DNA from: Convolutriloba macropyga
Lineage: Eukaryota
Length of the DNA: 64,000 bases
Assembly: GCF_964194025.1 (NCBI RefSeq)
Contig: NC_134473.1
Coordinates: 5,456,001 to 5,520,000, forward strand
Direction: 5' to 3'
Shown piece by piece: positions 37,844-51,182 of this stretch. The position numbers were made by a program, and so were the translations under genes. Position 1 is the first letter of the stretch, and each line of letters starts with the position of its first letter. Below the pieces are notes generated by a model. That model worked only from the letters and a program-made list of their open reading frames with translations. It was not told the DNA's origin and made no database searches.

Positions 37844-37988
37844 GGTCCTTTTCCGTTTGCCCGTTCTTAGTGGATGCAAACTATTTGCACACGTGCTGTA
37901 TTAACATAACTGTTTAACTAATTGCATCTGTTTGGTGGTGGTGGTGGTGGTGGTGGGGGGGGGGGGGGGGGGGTGGCGGAAAAGATCC
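37844..37988. mobile_element. Diverged copy of the MITE in intron 3; further partial copies at ~77-180 and ~1941-2040
   Basis: GGTCCTTTTCCGTTTG ... G-run ... CGGAAAAGATCC. Confidence 0.65.
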
Positions 37989-38067
37989 GTGTTGGTGCCT
38001 ATAACCAAGCACCCACTCTGTTTCTACGTGTCTCTGAACACTATGTAGTCAGTAGAATGTGTTACAG

Positions 38068-38248
38068 GTTGTTCGAGATTGCTGGTGCACCGGCAGACCT
38101 ACCCTTTCCAGAGGGTCTGACGCTGCCAGCCCTGTTCCACGTGAAAGTCATGGCACACAACGCAAAGAGTGTGGCCACAATAGTCAAGGTCAAGTTCAAA
38201 GGCAGGGATCTTATTGACTACTACTACGAACCAGCGCTTCTCAAGCAG
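38068..38248 (+). CDS. Tudor-domain protein, exon 4
   Basis: TTACAG acceptor completes the phase-2 Arg codon; LFEIAG...KGRDLIDYYYEPALLKQ; CAG|GT donor in phase 0. Confidence 0.8.
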
Positions 38249-38961
38249 GTCATCTTACACATCATCACACTTTCATTGAGCTATTTTCAAATCAAATGAA
38301 CCGTGAACTCTATCTGAGAATCCGGGTATCTCACGTTATAGCCCCCTCCGTTCCCTACCTCAGATTATCAGAGGGCATAAATCGTACAGCCTCCACCCCA
38401 TTATCATAATTCTACCATGGGGGGTTGGACTATCATAGGAACGAGTCAGTACCAGAAATTTGAAACAAACAAGATTTTTAATTGCTCTCAAACTAAGTTT
38501 AGATCTTTCACTTTTGTGGAAAGGCTTAGTTGTATTAATTGGACTCTCGAGCCAGCGTGCTGTAGTCTGTCCCATAAGGTCGCAACGCTAGCGAAAATTT
38601 CCTAACTTCCAGATAGAGTTCAAAGGTTGAAGTTCAAATTGGAATCATACAGAAAATGCAGTTGAAAATCAGCTTACTGAATAAGGAAGGCACTGAAGTC
38701 CTACGCGGACGTTCGCTTGTTCTGCAAATTTTGTACAGTCCGCGCTAAAAACCAAATGATCGAACGTTCCAAAAACACCAGAAATGCAATTGAGCATCAT
38801 TGTGGCGATTTAAAAGTCATCACTTTTTCCCTTCCGCTCCATTTCATGTTTTTGTAAACATGATCTAAGTAATAACTCTGTCCAGTGATTTTTGAAACGT
38901 TTGCTTTTTCAGCTTTATGGTACACTGCATATTCATATATGTGGGTTGTATTTTTTTTCAG

Positions 38962-39262
38962 GCTGACGAACAGGCTAAGCAGACTACAGGATCCGGTGGA
39001 GTGGGAGGAGGTGGAACAGACTGGAGTCCCAAATCCAACTTGCCACCCACCACCACCACCAATCCCTCGCACGTCCTCCAACACCAAGTGGGGTCACCCG
39101 GAGGGGGCGCGGTAGGAGGGGCAGGAGCAGCTGGGGTGGGTCCAGGGGGTGCGGTTGGTGTGGTGGTGATGGCCGGAGACGAATCTAGTAGTGCCACTAA
39201 CAGTGTGGTCGAAGAGTGGCTTATGAACACTGCCGACGAACAGTTCTCACATTTTGACGAAG
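38962..39262 (+). CDS. Tudor-domain protein, exon 5 (Gly-rich linker)
   Basis: TTTTTTTTCAG acceptor in phase 0; donor GAAG|GTTTGA in phase 1. Confidence 0.8.
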
Positions 39263-41912
39263 GTTTGAGAGTGACTTCTGGCTTTTGCTATCGGAATTAA
39301 TTTTGGTTGGTTTGGAACAAACAGTGAAAATTGTCTCTTAGTTTTTGCAGGTTGCGTTTCTCACGTCTTTGGGAAGTGATAAATAGAATAAGAACTAGGA
39401 AGCCTGCTGATTTCTTTTTCGAAATTGTCAATTTAATCAAAATCAATATGCATGCAAAAAATATTGTTTTTGGATTATTTAGAGAACCTAGTATATACTG
39501 TCATTCGAAAGCGTAGCATTGCTTGTAGACTGAAAAATGGTTAGTTTACAGGTTTGTGAGACAAGTGGTGATATTTTTGCTTGAGCAAATGCTTTTGTAA
39601 TGTTAAAATCGAAGACTCTTGAGTGATTGATTCCTCGAGAAGTTATTATACCTCTTTCTAATAGGCACGAAATGATAGCGGGGTTGTTAAAGTCCCTTCG
39701 TGGATTTTAACGACCCGAAGAGGAGTATTGATTTCTTGATGTTTTTTTCATAGCCGCCGTCAGCCTATTATTTAGGCGACCTCTTTTTTACAATCCAATG
39801 AGTTCTGATTGTATTGGTGATCTGTCTTTCTTATAAGATGTTTTCACACCTTTTCCATGACTTTGAGCTTTTGAAACGGGAGAAACAGGTAAAGCCCGGC
39901 GAGCATCAAGTTGCAATAAAAGACCTCAGCTGGCTTTAGTAGCTTTTAAGGTGTTTAATGTGCTCAAACTGTTGTATGGCCTAAATTCTAGGTGAAAAGG
40001 TCAGTTTCTGCTGTTTTGAGCCCTGAATGCGGCAATTTTTTTCTTGTTTTTGTCAAATTTTAAATTTTTGTTATTTTGGTTTTTTTAAAGGCCGGTCATA
40101 GTTTATATGGCTATTAAGCTCGCGAATTTTTTATGCATTGGTTTCTGGTTAATAGCCGCAAAGCGATAGCTGAGGCTTTTATTGGCCTTCTCTTGGTTTT
40201 TTATTTTGTCGTCAAGATTTCTGTTACGACCATAAGACGTCACAATCAGTTCAAATCTTTTAATGAATTGCGTGCGTGACCTCATTTTTCACTCTTAGTG
40301 AAGTTTTTGTTCATTCGCGTGATTGGTTTTGGTCATATTTGACCTACCTCACTCTCAAAAATGACTTCCTCACTCTGAATTTGACTTCAGCTATCTTTTA
40401 AATTTCTTACAGTTGGGCGAATGGATAACTTTTAATGAAAGAAATTATTTTTGAAGATATAGACGTCACACATTTTGGCGACTTTGACTAATAGTTGCTA
40501 ATTTTTTTAGATTTTTTGGAAACTTTGTGTTCATTTTCTGTTTGCTTTAGTTTAAGAGGGCAAACACTTTGTAAAAGCTTAATAATTTGGCAATGAATGA
40601 ATATTAGCATTACAGAAGCTATTGAAGATACTTTCTAATATTTTTGGCAACTTTTTCATTTTTCTGTGTTTGGATCGGTTTCTGCCATCTGTTTGGCTTT
40701 TATATAGCCCAAAATTTTACTGTACCAGCAGATTTACCATTTTGTAATTTTTGGCAAGAGACTTGGTTTTGATGAAATCTGTCTCTTGGTACGTAACTAA
40801 AGTTTACATTAAGTTCAATTTTTAATTGAAATTTTTGTTCTTTTTTAACTGCAATTCTTCCAGTTGTTTTCAGTATGATAATGCGTTTCGAATGCAAAAT
40901 GGCAACATTTCTTTAAATTTTGGAGTAAATTTTTGGCTTTTCTCATTTTCTCTTTGAGCGGTCTTTTTAAATTTAGATCTGTTTTTTCTAACCCTCGATT
41001 GTTAAATAATGAAATATCATTGTTTTTGCTTCAATTTGATTTTTCGAAAAACAAAGATGTAGTTTTTAGCCTTTTAACATTTAGCTTTCCAGCACTCCCG
41101 AGACATAAAATTTTATTCGCTATTCTCTTCTATTCTTGGGGCTAGGTTTTGGTAATAACCAGTTTCTTCCCTTTGAGTGTTATGTTTCCTTTGTAATTTT
41201 CTTGATTAGTTTAAATTTTGACTTTTTTAGTCTAAATGCAGTGAGTCCTAGATTTTAGGTTTTTCAATAATTCATTTAAGTTTGTAAGAATGTATTCATT
41301 ATGCTTTTGCAATGAGTGTTTTGATTGGCAGAGTTAACAAGCAGTGTTTTAAGACCATTATCAAGAGTTATTTCCTGACAATTTTTGACCCGGCGAGTTT
41401 TTGAGCCCATCAAAAATTGTGCATCCTAAGCATTTTCGCGAGTTCTCAACGTTACCTTATATTTTATAGAAAGGGAAATTTTGCGAAGAATTCAGTGAGG
41501 CTAAAGGCGTAATTTGTGCTGATTTTGTATATGGATGCTAAATCTCCTAGTTGCCTATTGATAGCCGCAAAGTGATAGCTGGGGCTATTATTGGCTTTCT
41601 CTTGTATTTTACATTTCAAAGAATTTTAATTGTATTGGGGCGCTGTCTTTTTTTCTAAGATCTGTTCACACATTTTCATGATTTTTGAAGTCAAATTGGA
41701 GTAGTAATCTTGGTCACGCAGCAACAGGAATTGGAGCGAAAAACCGAGTGATTTTGCGGCGTGAATTTTTTCGTTCGAATTTTTAAGTAGAGCGAGAAAA
41801 TGGTGTTTGAACAAAAATTCGCTTTATCGATTGTCAATTTTTGTTCACATGTGGCAAATTGTCTTTCTTTTTACAGTTTTGTTTTCGATTTTTTTTGCAT
41901 TGCATTTTTTTA

Positions 41913-42971
41913 AATAGCCGCATAGCGATAGCTGGGGCTATTATTGGCCTTCGCTTGGTTTTTTTTTACAATTCAAAGAATTTGAATTGTATTGGGGCGC
42001 TGTCTTTTTTTTAAGATCTGTTCACACATTTTCATGATTTTTGAAGTCAAATTGGAGTAGTGATTTTGGTCACGCCGAAACAGGAAGTGGAGCGAAAAAG
42101 CGAGTGGTTTTGCGGCGTGAATTTTTTTCGCTCTTATTTTAAAGTAGAGTGAGAAAGCGATGTTTGAACAAAAATTCGGTTTCTCATTAGTGGTTTTTTT
42201 GTTCACATGCGGCAATTTCACTCTGATTTATACTGTTTTTTCGATTTTTTGGATCTGATTTGTTTTAATGGTTTTCCCAATCCATTCACTGCTCATTCTA
42301 CGACAAGGTTTTTGTTTGAATTAAATTTTCATTTCTCGCTAGTGGTTTTTTTGTTCACATGCGGCGTTTTGACATTGATTTTCTGTTTTTTTTCTTATTT
42401 TTGATTTTTTTAAAATAGTTTTCTCAATTCAATCATAGTCCATTCTAGGTCTAGTTTTTCTGTTTAGTCATTTAAAATTCTTTGAATTGTACGTCAGGAC
42501 TTGTCCTGCTATGTTTTTTTATTTCGTCGTCGCGATTTTTGTTACGACCATATGACGTCACAACCACTTCAAATCTGCTTTTTGTTCATTCGTTCATGCA
42601 ATTTCAACTTAAGTGCGTGCGTGACGTCATTTTCCGCTCTTAATTGAGCGAATTTTTTTGTCCATTTGCGTGATCAAATTTTCGGTCACACTTGACTTAC
42701 CTCACTCTCAAAAATGACTTCCTCAATTTGAAATTGATTTTTTTTACTTTAACTCAAAGAGATAAGGTCAAATGGGTGTGTGTTATTATAAATGAAGGTT
42801 ATTAGAGAGCAGCTAATAGAGGCAGCAATAACTTATACAGATTTTTAATCAATATATAACAGATCAGCCTTCAATGAAAAGACGATTTTTTTTGGTCCAT
42901 CTTTTTTACTGTTTTGAGACTGCAGATCTACGAAGCTATTGCGGCTATTTTCTGGCAATCTGTCAGTTATG
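41913..42971 (+). mobile_element. HINE-like family A with a complete family B nested at 41967-42513
   Basis: A sub-TIRs AATAGCCGCA (41913) / TTGCGGCTATT (42939). B sub-TIRs TACAATTCAAAGA (41967) / TCTTTGAATTGTA (42479), hairpin 42495-42508. The empty site is visible at 35965-35990. Confidence 0.8.
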
Positions 42972-43580
42972 TTTTCAAAATGGTGTTCCCAATCCATCTA
43001 CTGTCCAATCAAGGTCTAGTTTTTTGCTTAGTCAATGAAAATTTTTTGAATTGCTTCAGGACTTGTCCTGCTAAATTCTTCACTTTAATTCAATGAGATA
43101 AGGTCATGTGAGTGTGTTTCACTCTAATTGAAGGTTATCTAAGAGAATCTAATAGATGCTGCAATAAGTTATACAGTTTTATAGGTTTACGCTTATCATT
43201 TAGCGTTTAACATTTAGCAAATAACATCTAATAAAAAGAGTTATTTTTTGGTCTGTATCTTATACTAGCTTTCTGATACCACAGATCCAGACAGCTATTG
43301 GGGCTATTCTCTGGCAATCTGCGAGCTATATTTTTAATGATTTCAATGCTCAAAACTTTCTCATTATGACAGTCAAATATTTTAATGACAAAGTCGATGA
43401 CATGTCAAAGTAGATGATTTCACGACTGTTATCGGACAAACTGCCTGCATTTAAAAAAAATTGTTCGATTCACATTTTTAATAGTTATTCTGTCTATTGT
43501 TTTCTGTAAGTAAAAGATTTTGTGGCAGTGGTAGTTGCTTGAAGAAGTGAGCTATAGTTTTCTAACTTTTCCATTTCTAG

Positions 43581-44554
43581 GGCCGCCAAGTCCCACGGAT
43601 GATGAAGATCTAGCCAACCTAATGGAACAATTTGAATTGGGCGACAGTGTATCTGCGGTACACCCTCCTCCCACTAACCTTCCAACAGCAGCCCTTGTGG
43701 CACACCCTCATCTACATCATCACCACCACCATCAACACCCTATGAACCAACCCAACTTCCCGTCCCAAAATACCCACAATTTTAACAACTCCCACTATTA
43801 CAATAACCAACAAGGAAGGAGCAATCACCCCCCAAATCGAGGTCAAGATGCTTTTCCGTTTGATGGTGGCTCGCCTCGAGATCTATCTAAAAACGTTACC
43901 TCAATCTCATCAAAATTAAACATCAAGGCAGGCTCCAATGTTAAAATTCTTATATCGTACGTCGTATTACCGACATTTTTCAACTTCATTCCGATTAATC
44001 AAACAACGAATAAATTCAGAGAACAGCTCAAGGCTTTGTTAAACTCATTTTTTACAAGTCCGTCAAGGCGGGTAATTGACAGCGACCCAACAACTGGACA
44101 ACCTATAGCCTGGCCGGGTCAGTATTTCGTCTCAAAAATCAGAGGTGAATTACGACGTGTTACGGTAAAACTAGGACACGCTTGTCTCGAGAAAAATAAG
44201 TTTGTAAAAATTCAAGACGTTGATTATGGTGGCGAGTTAGTGGCTCGTTTTGACGAGATTTTCAAAATCCCAGACGAAAATGTAGAAGCTTTAAAAAGTA
44301 TCCCAGTTTTGAGGTGTAACGGATCGATGAATGGTCTGCACCCCAACTCCACAACGAGACGTTGGAGTCCAGAGCAGTGCCAGTCATTTCGCCAGTTGAC
44401 AGAGAGCAATATTCTGGACGCGACAGTTGCCCGCGTGACTCTCTCGCCTCAGATGTCAGTGCCTTACTACAACTTCGATCTTTACTTTGCGACTGGCAAC
44501 CACAACCAGCTTTCTATCGCCGACATTATGCGAGCGTTCGAGTACGCGTCATGA
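43581..44554 (+). CDS. Tudor-domain protein, exon 6 (His/Asn-rich disordered region plus second extended Tudor domain); whole model 2364 nt = 787 aa + stop
   Basis: CTAAC branch, TTTCTAG acceptor in phase 1. VKILISYVVLPTFF, WPGQYFV, VKIQDVDYG, WSPEQCQSFRQL extended-Tudor signature. AATAAA at 44825. Confidence 0.85.
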
Positions 44555-45595
44555 AGAGCGTTGATTCTATCTATCCTTCTATCTCTTTACTTACACTCAT
44601 ATATGTCTATCTATCTCTTACAGAACATTGTTTTTCTACTCTATCATGATGTTATTACAAACAAACTTTCCACCGAAATCAATTGCAAAATTGAGAAACG
44701 ATTTCATGTCGATTTATGATCCGAAAGTGATCATGACAAAATTACGACGACGAAGCAACTGTGTTACTCCATAACATGATTTAACGGACAAAACTTCTTG
44801 AAACCAAAAATTTCTGGCCACTGGAATAAATAAGCGGCAGAGAAAGAGAAAAATGAATTTGTGAGAACTTGAAAAACAAAATGAATTGTACTGTTTTTCT
44901 TTTTGTGTCATTTCTTGGAAGATTATGACTTTTCACAATTGTGTGCTGATCAATTGTGGTTCCGTTCCCTATTGTTAATCAAAGGAAGAATTGTATGACT
45001 TACCTGCTCGAGGTTAAACAAACAATGTTCACTGTTGTGTATTTGTGTACTGCTGTTTCGAATGGTTTGATACTCGAATAGTTGGAACTGTAATTTTGCT
45101 GTGATAATTGGTAACTGGAGTGAGTAATGTTTAAGTCTGTAATAACCGTTTAATAATGCTGATAATAAGTATTTTATTGTACACTATCGAATAATCGATT
45201 GTCGAAATGTTTATTTTAAGCCCAATGGACAATTCAAATTTTTATAACACAGTTTTAAAGTGATCGGGAAGAGCTAATGAAAAATTGGCCGAAGATTAAG
45301 AGGTCAATTGTAGACAAAAAATTCCGAAAATTCGCTTGACATCTATGAGAATAAATTCATTATCTTTCAATTATATTAGTCCTGTCGTCTTTTTTATGCA
45401 ATTTTCCTCTTGACAGATTTGTTGTCGGACCCTTAAAAATTTTTGCCCTGAAAAGCGAGAAAAAGAGGTAAAGCTCGGAGGACATTAACTGGCTGAACAG
45501 CTCCCTTAGAATCGTACGACTTACTGATCACTAAGTCAGCGATTTATCGATACTGTTTTGAGGAGACAATTTCAAGGTGTGAAGGGAGGTTCTTA

Positions 45596-48500
45596 ACTGG
45601 GGCTATTATTGGCTTTCTCTTGGTTTTTACAATTCAATAAATTTGAATTGTATTGGTGCGCTGTCTTTTTTTAAAGATCTCTTCACGCTTTTTTCGGTTT
45701 TTTCACGTCAGTGAGAAGTCTAAGAGTGGTGATTTTGGTCACACTGAAATAGTAAAGGGAGCGAAAATTCGAGTAGGTCTGAGGAATGACTTTTTACAAA
45801 ATACCTTTAAAGTGGAGTGAGAAATTGGTGTTTGGACAATTTGGCGGTTTTTGATATGGATTTTTTTCAGTGGCTTTAATTTGACTTCTGTTTTCAGGGT
45901 TTCCTCTCCTTCAGTTCTTTTAACTTCAATTTGACTTCTGCTTTCAGAGTTTCCTCTCCTTCAGTTCGTTTAAGAGGGTACATATGTGTTATGATTCTGC
46001 CTATTTGCCTTTGCTTGAATTCATTACGGGGCAGCCAAAACTTTTTATGACTTTGGCACTATTTGTTGCCATAAAATATTAGTGAATTTTAGGTGTTGCC
46101 CCTTTTAAAATTACCTGCTGTCCTATTACTTAGTACAATCAGTGACAGGTCTTATTGGTGGATAATGAGGCATAAAAGAACCTAATTAATGGCTCGAGTT
46201 AGTGGTTTTCATCAACGGCTTTGACCTTACTTTTTCAAGAAAATTTTTGAGTTCTGCCACTATTTAACTTTTTATTGTACTTTTTGATGTCTTATCATTT
46301 AATCGCATTGGGAACAAGTCCTTGATGCTGCTCATAGTGGTTAAGTTTATCGATTTAATCGTTTTTGATCACAGCTAGTGCTTTCTGTGACTTTGACTCT
46401 AATTGTTTTCAAAAACAAATATCGAATTTTTTGAAATTCGAGTTTTTCTTACGAACTTTATGGTCTTAATTCTTAGTCTCACTGTTGACAGGTCTCATTG
46501 GTTGCTAAAACAGCTCAAATTAAAACCATTCAGATTAGTTTATGACTATTGTTTTTTGTGATCTTTAAGCATGTTCATTTTTTAAAAAAATCTTGGAGGT
46601 CATTAGTTTTGATAGTGTTTGTTGTACCTATTGCTGTCTTATCACTTAATATCATTGATAACAGGTCTCATCGGTTGTCATTGAGGAAAAAAGTTATTGT
46701 TGTAAATGTATGCTTCAGTAGCTGTTGCGTTCTGTGTCGTTTATACTAAGTGTTTTCAAAAATTTTCAGCGGCTTATTGCGTCTTTTTGTTGTTTTTGTC
46801 GTATCATTTAATATTAATAGTGAGAGGACTTATCGACATTTGATACAGGCAGCTAATAAAAAATAGAAGAGTATAGTTTGCAGTTTGAGTTCGTAGCAGT
46901 CGTTTTTTTATGTTGATTCTGTCTTTACAAAAAATAATTGTCTAATGTTTAATCTAGCTTGTTTTTGTTGTTCTTGTGTTGTTTCTTTGCTTACTCTCAT
47001 TAGTAACAGCTCTCATTTGCCTTTTAAAGCGGTGTAAATGATTGTCAGATCATAAATAATACAATCCTTTGATTTGAATTTCAGGACTTGTCCTTCTTTG
47101 TTTTGTACAATTCAAAAAATTTGAATTGTATTGGTGCGCTGTGATTTTTTTAAAGATGTTTTCACACATTTTTCAATGACTTTGATCTTTCAAAACGGGA
47201 TAAACAGGTAAAGCCCAGCGGGCATTAAGTTTCATTAGAGGCCCAAAGTGGGCTTTAGTAGTCCTTCAAGTGCTTTTAGTGGTGCAGCTGCTGGGATGGC
47301 CTTGATTTAAGGTTAAAAGGTCATTTTTAGGAGTTTTTGGGCTCAAAATTGTGTTTTCATGTTTCATGTTTCACAAAAATTTTTTATGTTTTTTGATTTT
47401 TTTTGAGTTTTTTTGTTTGATTAGTCTTAGGCTGAAATTTTGAAAAATTGATGAAGTCTTTTTGCGAGACTAAATTGCTTGTTATGACCATTTTATGAGC
47501 AATATGTTTTGGTACTACAAACACAAACACGCAAAATGATACTAATTTTTGCAATTTTTTTCAGGTTTTTTGAAAGTTTTTGTCATATTTTGAGTTTTAT
47601 ACCTAGGTGTCGAGAAAGCTCACCAAGAGTATGATAAAGGGTTTGATGATAGACTACTGCTTAGTTTTTAGTGGTAATGGAATGGTTTTCAACTTTTTGC
47701 CATCATGAATTTTAGCATTTTTTGACAAAATTTGCAATTTTTTTCATATTTTTTGACATTTATTGTCATTATTCGACTTGTTTGAGTCCTAGGGGCAAGA
47801 AAACCTCATCAGGGTTGGATAATAAATTACTGAAAATTTTTTTAGCTGGCTTGGAATAGGTTTCAGCTTTTGAATTCGCATTTTTTTCAGGTTATTGAAG
47901 TTTTCATTATTTTTCAGTTTTTCCAGCTTCAGGGTTCAGGCAATCTCTTTTGAGGTTTGTTATTAGGGCACTGCATAGTTTCTAGTAACAGTGGAATGAT
48001 TTTAAGATTTGAATGTCTCGAATTTTAGCATTTTTTTTTGATAAAATCTGCAATTTTTTTAAGGTTTCGTAAAGTTTTTGTCAGTTTTTGATATTCGTCC
48101 ATTCTCAAGTGCGAGAAAACATATTCCACGTTCTAATAAAAAGTTACTGCATTGTTTTTAGTTTCAATGGATTTGTTTCCAACAATTTAACTTTTCGACT
48201 TTAGAAGTTTGATAAAATTTGCAATTTTTTTCAAGTTGTTTCGAAATATTTGTATTTTATTTATTTTTTCTTGCCTCAGTAGCCAGGTAACTTCATCCAG
48301 GGTTTGATAGTAGGTTAATGAATAGTTGCTAGGGGGCAATTGAATGGCTTTCAACATTTTAATAGAACGAATCTCTATTTTTTGGAGTTTGAAATTTTAA
48401 AAATTATTGTCTATCGATTTATGAGCCAATGAGTTTTTTAAAGTTTGGAATTGGGTTACTGGATAGCTTCTAGAGTCACAGAAATGATTCTGGGGATATT

Positions 48501-49386
48501 ATATCTCAATTTTCAGTATCATTTCCTTATAATTTGCAATTGTTTTTTTTGGTCCTTTTCGAGTTAATCGATCTTCAAGGGCCAATGAATTTTTTTCAGG
48601 TTTTATATAATACTGTAAGACTATAATAATATAGTTTTTATATAATACTTCTCAGTCTGATAAAATACTGGACCAATTTCAGAAACAAAAATTGGTTCTT
48701 AACATGTTTTTGAAATAGGTATTTTTAAAGGAAAATTTTGCCTTAGGTTTAAAAGCTTCAAGAGTATTTGACATTGAGTATATTTTTGTTTAGGTTTGAT
48801 TCTTCTAGTTTCTCAGTTTTATCAGATTGTTTAGTTTGTGTTCTGTCTGGCATTGTTCAATTGATCTGCTAATCAGGTAGAGTACATCTGAGTTTTTAAT
48901 TCATTTTGAATTGTATTTCAGGACTTGTCCTGCTATGTTTTTTTTATTTCGTCGTGCAAGTTTTTTGTTACCACCATATGACGTCACAACCATTTTAAAT
49001 CTGCTTTTTGTTATTCGCTCATGCAATTTTAGCTGAAGTGCGTGCGTGACGTCATTTTGCACTCTTACTGGAGCGAGTTGCTTTGTTCATTGGCGTGATT
49101 AAGTTTTTGGTCACACGTGACCTACCTCACTCTCAAAAATGACTTTGAAATTGACTTTTCGTCACTTTAATTCACAGAGATAAGATCAAGACAATGTGTG
49201 TCACTACAAATGAAGACTTTTTGAGAGCACCAGATAGAGGCAGCAGTAACCTATAGAAATTCCTAATCAAAATTCAACATATCATCCCTTAATTAATTAT
49301 GTAATTTTTTGTCTGTTTTTTAATGTTTTTTGGGTTGCAGATCTACGAAGCTATTGCGGCTACTTTCTAGCAATCTGTCAGCTATT
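45596..49386 (+). mobile_element. Large nested HINE composite: family A containing B-B and a family C-related insert with degenerate ~140-175-bp internal repeats
   Basis: A 5' remnant at 45596, B 5' ends at ~45628 and ~47106, B 3' hairpins at ~47082 and ~48919, A 3' end at 49354-49386. Recurrent AGGGTTTGATAATAAGTTACTG-like units at 47638-48620. Confidence 0.6.
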
Positions 49387-49637
49387 TTCTAAAAGCTTGA
49401 CCTCCAGCCTCAGTCGCCGCAATCTCGACCCCCCCCCCCCCTCACCTCCCCCGCACATGCTTGTTTAATTTTCGTTTGGCAAAACTCAATGAGATTATTG
49501 CAAATCTCAATGTAATCTCAATGTTGCATTATTTTATTATTTTGAAATTGAGTCGCTCAGAAAATACGCAAAAAGTTACTTCATTTCACCGTTTCGATCT
49601 TTTCTCCTCTATCTTCATTGAAAGTCTAATTTTTCTT

Positions 49638-49933
49638 GATTGCTCCCAAACGAAGTTTGTAGGAATTATTATAGTCCTGTGGTTTTTAATGCAATTTTTC
49701 CTCTGATCGATTTTTCGTTTGAACCTTTCAATTTTTCGTCCTCAAAACGCGAGAAACAGGCAGAGCCCGAATTGGATTGTTCGCGTAGAGAATTTTTGCT
49801 GGCTAGACTCTAAAAATGCGATTCATCAAATTTGCTTTATGATGAGAATTTCAAGGTGTGAATGGCGGTTCTTAATCCTGAAAATTTGACCCACCGATAG
49901 TCAGAGCAATTCTCCCGACGTTCGTCGGCTAGG
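49638..49933 (+). mobile_element. HINE-like family C, complete copy; others at 51312-51517 and 53405-53610, 5' ends at ~5591, 6295, 38480 and 50246
   Basis: 5' (A/G)ATTGCTCTCAAAC-GAA-GTTTGTAGCAATT; 3' (GTTT)GAGAGCAATT + hairpin CCGACG-TT-CGTCGG + CTAGG-TTTT. Shared core AAACGGGATAAACAGG. Confidence 0.7.
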
Positions 49934-50607
49934 TTTTATAGTGAACTTCGAAGAAGTAACTGAAACGAATGACAAAATTAGTCATTCGGTGCAGAACAAA
50001 ATTGAAGAGTGAAAAAGGTATGTAGATATAGCTATTTTCGAGAGACTTTTAACCACTTTTTATGTTCGTTTTTTGATGTTTAACTGAGGCTTAACTATGA
50101 TTTCATTTCAAAATTAAAGGTTTTGATAGATTTATTGAAGAGATCAAGTATTACATGAGTTATTTGAAGGGTTAAGTAAGAACTTTATGGTAATTTGAGG
50201 TTTTGCAGCTGTTTTGCTGACTTTTAAGCGAATTTCAACATTTTTAATTGCTCTCAAACGAAGTTTGTAGCAATTATATTAGTCCTGTCGGTCTTTTTTA
50301 ATACAATTTTTCGCTTGACCAAATTTTTCGTCTGACGCATTTGACTTTTCTTCCTCCAAAACGGGATAAACAGGTAGCGCCCAGCGGGCATTAAGTGCTC
50401 TTAGAGCCTTTCAGCTCTGTTTACGCTCAAACTGTTTTGGAGACTCATACTTATACTTATGGTGTGAAGGGCGGTTCTTAGAGGTTGAAGAGACCCCCAC
50501 TGTTGAACCCTCCCTATTGCCCCCACCCCCCTCCCCCATCCCATCGCGCTGTTGCCCCCCACCCCACTGTTGCCCAACCCCCCCCCCCCCCCCCCCCTCC
50601 CTCTGCA

Positions 50608-51143
50608 TTTTTACTCCAGCTTTAGTAATATTTAAAAACTTTAAAACATTTAGTTTTAAAGTAATAAAATTTAAACTTTTCAAATTTTTGGAAAATTTTT
50701 ATGTTCCAAGTGTATGGATCTTTATGAGCCAGTGAAACTATTACAGGCTCAAAACAGAGAAACTGGATAGTCTCCTGAGACAGTGAATTGGTTCTCAAGA
50801 TATTAATGTCTTGAATTCTAACAAGATTTTGTTAAAATTTGCATTTTTCAAATTTTTTCAATATTTTTTGTCCTTTTCTGAGTTTAACGACCATTACCGG
50901 CCAACGAAACTTTTCAATTCATGGAGATGGGTTACTTGACAGAACTTTTGAGACAAAAAAATGCTTTTGATATTTTATTGCGGAGTTCAAAACTTTTTTA
51001 AATTTTACCTTTTTCAGTTTTTTTTTCTGATTTATTTATTAAACTTGTTAAGGAGCAGTGTCGAATCCAATCATGAAAGATGTTCCTGTCTCCTTCTATC
51101 TCTTTGGGCTGGGGTTCCTTTCCTTCTCTTTCTTGTTCACATT

Positions 51144-51182
<39 letters not shown>

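Noticed and set aside
38364-38605. Additional Tudor-gene exon
   Set aside because: The frame after the CCTCAG acceptor hits a stop, the region contains a family C 5' end (38480), and exons 4 and 5 already join in phase.
44997-45020. U1 snRNA-like ACTTACCTG
   Set aside because: Only the 9-mer matches; no U1 stems or Sm site follow.
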